Below, one piece after another: positions 16,134 to 20,000 of a DNA stretch of 20,000 nt. Numbering within the stretch: the stretch's first letter is position 1; each line of letters opens with the position of its first letter. Both the position numbers and the translations under genes were made by a program. Source of the stretch: an uncultured virus (IMG/VR IMGVR_UViG_3300027785_000021) (taxonomy: Duplodnaviria > Heunggongvirae > Uroviricota > Caudoviricetes); IMG/VR virus record IMGVR_UViG_3300027785_000021, positions 58,615 through 78,614 of that record; one strand, 5' to 3'. A model generated the notes under the pieces. That model saw only the letters and a program-made list of their open reading frames with translations, was not told the origin of the DNA and made no database searches.

Positions 16134-17762
16134 ATGGCAACACCAGTTTTAAACAACGGTCTGTTTCTGAGAGACACAAGCTACAAAGTTTCGTCTCACC
16201 TAGATTCATACCACCTAGTAAACATGCTGAAGTCTGCAGAACCTATGGATTTGGGTCCTGTTGATCTTTGGGCAATGTCTCAAAAAGTAGAAATGCCTCT
16301 TTACCAAATGTCTTCATTTGGAGGTAAGAACACAATTTTGGTAGACACACCACGTGGCGAGTACAAGTGGCAAACTCCAATTGTGCAAGACCTTCCTTAT
16401 ATTACTGAGGATATTGAATCAGCTTCTGCTATTCTTGGTCAAGATGGTACTACCTTCAAGATCAAACTAAACAGACGTGTATTTGGTCATGGTGATATAA
16501 TCACTTATGACAAGTATAAAGGTTTGGAGATGTACATCGTTGCTGATGACATTCTTCCTTCTGCTGATGGATTTATCTACACTGTTCAACTTGTTAACAA
16601 TAACAACAGTGCATCTTTGGATCATAAGTACTTAAAACCAGGAACTAAATTCTTTAGAAAAGGTTCTGCGCGTGGTGAGTATGGAGAAAGATTCTCTGAC
16701 ATTGGTGAATTGACAAATGGATACCGTGAGTACTACAACTTTGTTGGTGGTGCTGAAGCTCACGTACACTATTCAGTATCTTCTCGTGCAGAGATGATGA
16801 TGAAAGGTGGTTTAAATGCAGATGGTTCAGTTCCTGTAACTGAAATCTGGAGAACATTTGACAAAAATCTTGATCCATCTATCGCAAACATTGACCAAAT
16901 GTTAGCAGTTATGGGTAAAGAGTATATCAAAAAAGCATATGACAATGGATCATTGACACGTTCTTTCTTGACAAAAATGGAAGCTGCTCACTTGACTAAG
17001 ATTGCTACAGATATTGAAACTTACTTAATGTGGGGTCAAGGTGGTAAGATTAAACAAGATGGTCCAGATGACATGAGATTATCTGTTGGACTTTGGGCAC
17101 AGTTAGACAACTCTTACAAAAGAATCTACAACAAATCAGGATTTACTCTTGACTTGTTCCGCTCTGAGATCTTTAACTTCTACAATGGTAAAGTTGAGTT
17201 CAAAGGACCAGATCCACAACGTAACTTGATTGTACAAACAGGTATGGCAGGTATGAAAATGATCAACCAACAAATCAAGAGAGAAGCGTTTGGTACAGGT
17301 CTTACTGTCAACATGGATCAATCAGGTGTTGGTGCTATCTCTGGTAACAGTGCAATGGACTTGAACTTTGGATTTGCATTTACAAGCTACACAATTCCTT
17401 TCTTGGCAAATGTGAAATTTGTATTGAACCCTGCATTTGACAATGTTCACACTAACGATATTGAAAACCCAATCATTGATGGTTTCCCATTATCTTCTTA
17501 CAACTTTATTATCTTTGACATCACTGACAACACAAATGACAACATCTTCTTGTTGAAATTGAAATGGGACAGTGAGTTAAAATGGTTCTACCAAAATGGT
17601 ACTATGGACTACATGGGACGTTCACAAGGATTCCAGTCTTCTGGAAACTTTAATGGATATCGCGTTATGATGTCTCAGACAATGCCATCTATTTGGGTTA
17701 AAGATCCAACTAAAGTGTTGAAGATAGTTATGAGAAATCCAGTGACTGGAGGATCATTCTAA
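16134..17762 (+). CDS. Major capsid protein (crAss-like, 542 aa)
   Basis: Size and position; EYKW, YTVQL, S.RGEY.E, LMWG.GG, GLWAQL, VQTG.AG, SIWVKDPTK; biased high-expression codon usage. Confidence 0.88.
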   Translation: MATPVLNNGLFLRDTSYKVSSHLDSYHLVNMLKSAEPMDLGPVDLWAMSQKVEMPLYQMSSFGGKNTILVDTPRGEYKWQTPIVQDLPYITEDIESASAILGQDGTTFKIKLNRRVFGHGDIITYDKYKGLEMYIVADDILPSADGFIYTVQLVNNNNSASLDHKYLKPGTKFFRKGSARGEYGERFSDIGELTNGYREYYNFVGGAEAHVHYSVSSRAEMMMKGGLNADGSVPVTEIWRTFDKNLDPSIANIDQMLAVMGKEYIKKAYDNGSLTRSFLTKMEAAHLTKIATDIETYLMWGQGGKIKQDGPDDMRLSVGLWAQLDNSYKRIYNKSGFTLDLFRSEIFNFYNGKVEFKGPDPQRNLIVQTGMAGMKMINQQIKREAFGTGLTVNMDQSGVGAISGNSAMDLNFGFAFTSYTIPFLANVKFVLNPAFDNVHTNDIENPIIDGFPLSSYNFIIFDITDNTNDNIFLLKLKWDSELKWFYQNGTMDYMGRSQGFQSSGNFNGYRVMMSQTMPSIWVKDPTKVLKIVMRNPVTGGSF

Positions 17763-17766
17763 GGAC

Positions 17767-17897
17767 GCTCCACCTCCTCAATATCAGATGTGAATCTGAT
17801 GGAAGCAAACGCCAAGAGAGTAAAATCTCTTGGTTCTCTTGAAAGCAACACCTTGGCGTGGTTCAGGAGCTTAGGCAGAAATGCTGACTAACGTTGC
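17767..17897 (+). ncRNA. Candidate structured RNA between MCP and the fibre cassette
   Basis: GNRA-capped hairpins AUCAGAU-GUGA-AUCUGAU and GCA-GAAA-UGC; long-range pairings 17767-71/17866-70, 17809-16/17852-59, 17845-49/17893-97. Confidence 0.55.
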
Positions 17898-17922
17898 AAA
17901 CTAATAACTTAAAAAAAAAATC

Positions 17923-18288
17923 ATGGCAAGAACACCTCAATTAAATTTTGAAAATTCAACTTATTTTGAATCATTGGTAGCAAATGGTGCTGTTGCATCT
18001 GTCATCAATAATACACAAGAAACATATATCATTGTAACAACAGCTTTAATAAATGGTAATGCAATATCATTTGAAGATGCTATTATAAATACTGAGGATT
18101 TTTTAAGTTATGCTGTAGGAACAAACAGTGGTGGTAGTATTTACACAAATGGATTTAGAATAATTGGACCATTGGCTGAAAATATTACATTACCTGTTGG
18201 AGCAAATGTCCAATATACTGGACCATTAGCAATAGCAAGTGGATACACATTAACTATCCCTGTAGGAACAACTTTAACAATCGTATAA
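17923..18288 (+). CDS. Small virion/fibre-associated protein (121 aa)
   Basis: C-terminal NITLP...GPLAIASGYTLTIPVGTTLTIV resembles the GP.TI..G.TLTI..G..LTIV ends of phage fibre-anchoring proteins (from memory). Confidence 0.65.
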   Translation: MARTPQLNFENSTYFESLVANGAVASVINNTQETYIIVTTALINGNAISFEDAIINTEDFLSYAVGTNSGGSIYTNGFRIIGPLAENITLPVGANVQYTGPLAIASGYTLTIPVGTTLTIV

Positions 18289-18291
18289 ACT

Positions 18292-18317
18292 TAAAAAATA
18301 AATAAGATGAGTACAAT
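18292..18317 (+). repeat. 26-bp gene-junction repeat, copy 1 of 3 (also 19148-19173 and 19932-19957)
   Basis: TAAAAAATAAATAA(G/A)ATGAGTACA(A/C)T spanning each fibre start codon. Confidence 0.75.
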
Positions 18318-19161
18318 AAACGTAGACATAGTTTCTCCTCAGTCTGTTGCAAACGTAACAGTAAGTAGTGGGTTAAATGTAACAGGTGATATAATGAGTT
18401 CACCAGGAGGTTTACCTTCAGTAGGAGGAATAAAAGTTGGAGGAGCTAGCAATGGAATAATTCAGATTTCTAATTACAATGTATTAGGTTCTCTGGGTGG
18501 TGGTACAGTAGCTATCGGTAATACTGGACAACCAACAGGAGCTGATAACATTTTGATAGGAAGGCTTCCAGGTCAACAATTAACAACAGGTACATTAAAT
18601 GTTTGTGTTGGAGCTTTAGCTGGCAATCAACTTAGTACTGGTGGGGGAAATGTTTTTATTGGTACTAATTCTGGAGCTACTAATTCAACAGGTCAAAATA
18701 ATACATACATTGGATCTAATGCTAATCAATATTTAGATACTACTGGAAGTAACAATATATGTATAGGTGCTGCATCTGCTATACCAGCATTAAATTCAGC
18801 TAACTCTATTACATTAGGTAATGCAGCTAATAATGTATTACGTTGTGCTGTAACAAGCATTACATCCTTGTCTGATTCTAGAGATAAGAAAAATATTGAA
18901 GAATCTACTTATGGCCTTGATTTAATTGAGTCTCTTAAACCTGTTACATTTGAATGGGACACTAGAGATGGTGCTAAGAAAGATATTAAAGACTTAGGTT
19001 TTATAGCACAAGATTTAAAAGAATTAGATGATGATTATTTAGGATTAGTGTATGATGAAAATCCTGAGAAATTAGAGGCATCTTATGGTAAATTGATTCC
19101 TGTCTTAGTTAAAGCTATTCAAGAGTTATCAGCAGAAGTTAAAGAATTAAAAAATAAATAA
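18307..19161 (+). CDS. Short fibre protein with C-terminal intramolecular chaperone (peptidase S74) domain
   Basis: N-x-x-I-G repeats at ~14-residue spacing; SDSRDKKNI cleavage motif, LKPVTFEW, GFIAQD, YGKLIPVLVKAIQEL coiled coil. Confidence 0.88.
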   Translation: MSTINVDIVSPQSVANVTVSSGLNVTGDIMSSPGGLPSVGGIKVGGASNGIIQISNYNVLGSLGGGTVAIGNTGQPTGADNILIGRLPGQQLTTGTLNVCVGALAGNQLSTGGGNVFIGTNSGATNSTGQNNTYIGSNANQYLDTTGSNNICIGAASAIPALNSANSITLGNAANNVLRCAVTSITSLSDSRDKKNIEESTYGLDLIESLKPVTFEWDTRDGAKKDIKDLGFIAQDLKELDDDYLGLVYDENPEKLEASYGKLIPVLVKAIQELSAEVKELKNK

Positions 19162-19162
19162 A

Positions 19163-19945
19163 ATGAGTACAATTTATGTAGATCAGGTTTTGAATGGAGT
19201 TTCATCACCAACAAATACAATTTTTCCTGTTAATATCAATGGAGCAAATGTAAAAGTAATACCTAATAATTTAGGTGATAATGTTAGTATAGGTATTGGT
19301 AATGGAGCTTTAGCTGCCTCTACATTAAATACTGAATTAAATAATACAGCTTTTGGATTTAGGGCTTTATTAAATTGTAGCGGAGATGATAACACAGCTG
19401 TTGGTAATGCGGCATTACAGACAATTACTGGATTTGGATCTGGTAATAATACTGCTATAGGACAAAATGCAGGATATGGAATGACAGGATCTCAAAACTG
19501 CATTTTTATTGGTCGAGGAAGCACAGGCTCTACACCTACAGCTATTAATGAAATAACATTAGGAAATTCTGCAAATACAGTTATTAGAGCTGCTGTAACC
19601 ACTATTACATCATTGTCAGATGCTAGAGACAAAAAAGATGTTAAGGATTTAAGTACAGGTTTAGAGTTTGTAGAAGCCCTTAGACCAGTTGAGTTCACAT
19701 GGAACGATAGAGATGAAAATGGTAGACATGATATAGCTGATTTTGGATTCATAGCACAAGATTTAAAGAAAGCACAAGAAGATGCTGAAAAAGCAGAAGT
19801 TCTTAAACTTGTCTACGAAGAGAATCCAGAGAAACTTGAAGCTAGTTATGGTAGATTAATACCTGTATTAGTAAAAGCAATTCAAGAAATGAATACAGAG
19901 ATCAAATCTCTAAAAGAAGAAATATTAACGCTAAAAAATAAATAA
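19163..19945 (+). CDS. Short fibre protein with S74 chaperone domain, paralogue of 18307..19161
   Basis: NTAFG/NTAVG/NTAIG repeats; SDARDKKDV, LRPVEFTW, GFIAQD, NPEKLEASYG.LIPVLVKAIQE. Confidence 0.88.
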   Translation: MSTIYVDQVLNGVSSPTNTIFPVNINGANVKVIPNNLGDNVSIGIGNGALAASTLNTELNNTAFGFRALLNCSGDDNTAVGNAALQTITGFGSGNNTAIGQNAGYGMTGSQNCIFIGRGSTGSTPTAINEITLGNSANTVIRAAVTTITSLSDARDKKDVKDLSTGLEFVEALRPVEFTWNDRDENGRHDIADFGFIAQDLKKAQEDAEKAEVLKLVYEENPEKLEASYGRLIPVLVKAIQEMNTEIKSLKEEILTLKNK

Positions 19946-19946
19946 A

Positions 19947-20000
19947 ATGAGTACACTTAATGTAGATAACGTATTGCCTCAAGGGACAAATATAGTTAAT
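19947..20000 (+). CDS. Third fibre-family gene, partial (runs off the right edge)
   Basis: MSTLNVDNVLPQGTNIVN shares the MST(I/L).VD.V N-terminus and the junction repeat. Confidence 0.75.
   Translation, partial: MSTLNVDNVLPQGTNIVN

Noticed and set aside
9810..17762. Introns or inteins in terL, portal or MCP
   Set aside because: ORFs are uninterrupted and of expected size; no intein or homing-endonuclease motifs seen.
17796..17850. Hammerhead ribozyme (CUGAUGG...GAAA)
   Set aside because: The core is not CUGANGA, the base of stem II pairs poorly, and there is no stem III followed by a UH cleavage site.
17763..17891. Read-through extension of the MCP (42 open codons after TAA)
   Set aside because: An open stretch of this length is not unlikely by chance, TAA is rarely read through, and the frame stops before the next gene.
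1..20000. Stop-codon reassignment (TAG to Gln or TGA to Trp), known in some crAss-like phages
   Set aside because: TerL, portal and MCP are full length under the standard code, and the portal ends at a TAG followed by an intergenic region.

Overview
Fragment of a crAss-like (Crassvirales-type) tailed phage genome, most likely infecting a Bacteroidota host: there is a consensus TTTG-N19-TAnnTTTG promoter, and translation starts are A-rich without Shine-Dalgarno sequences. It uses the standard genetic code. From 1 to ~4700 is a leftward, early/accessory-type arm of small hypothetical genes. This arm includes two paralogous ~165-aa proteins, intrinsic terminators, repeated upstream motifs (a covarying hairpin and a TGGGGG-N-GCTGT box) and a ~650-bp hairpin-dense non-coding tract. 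From 4777 to 20000 is a mostly rightward late module: virion-type protein, antisense PRTase-like gene, GroES-like co-chaperonin, possible Acb2/Tad1-like helical protein, wHTH, HU/IHF-like, Cys-rich protein, PD-(D/E)XK nuclease, putative TerS, TerL, portal, scaffold-like protein and major capsid protein. These are followed by a structured intergenic RNA candidate and a tandem array of short fibre genes with S74-type intramolecular chaperone domains. Product calls rest on motifs recognised by eye and on gene order; no searches were run.
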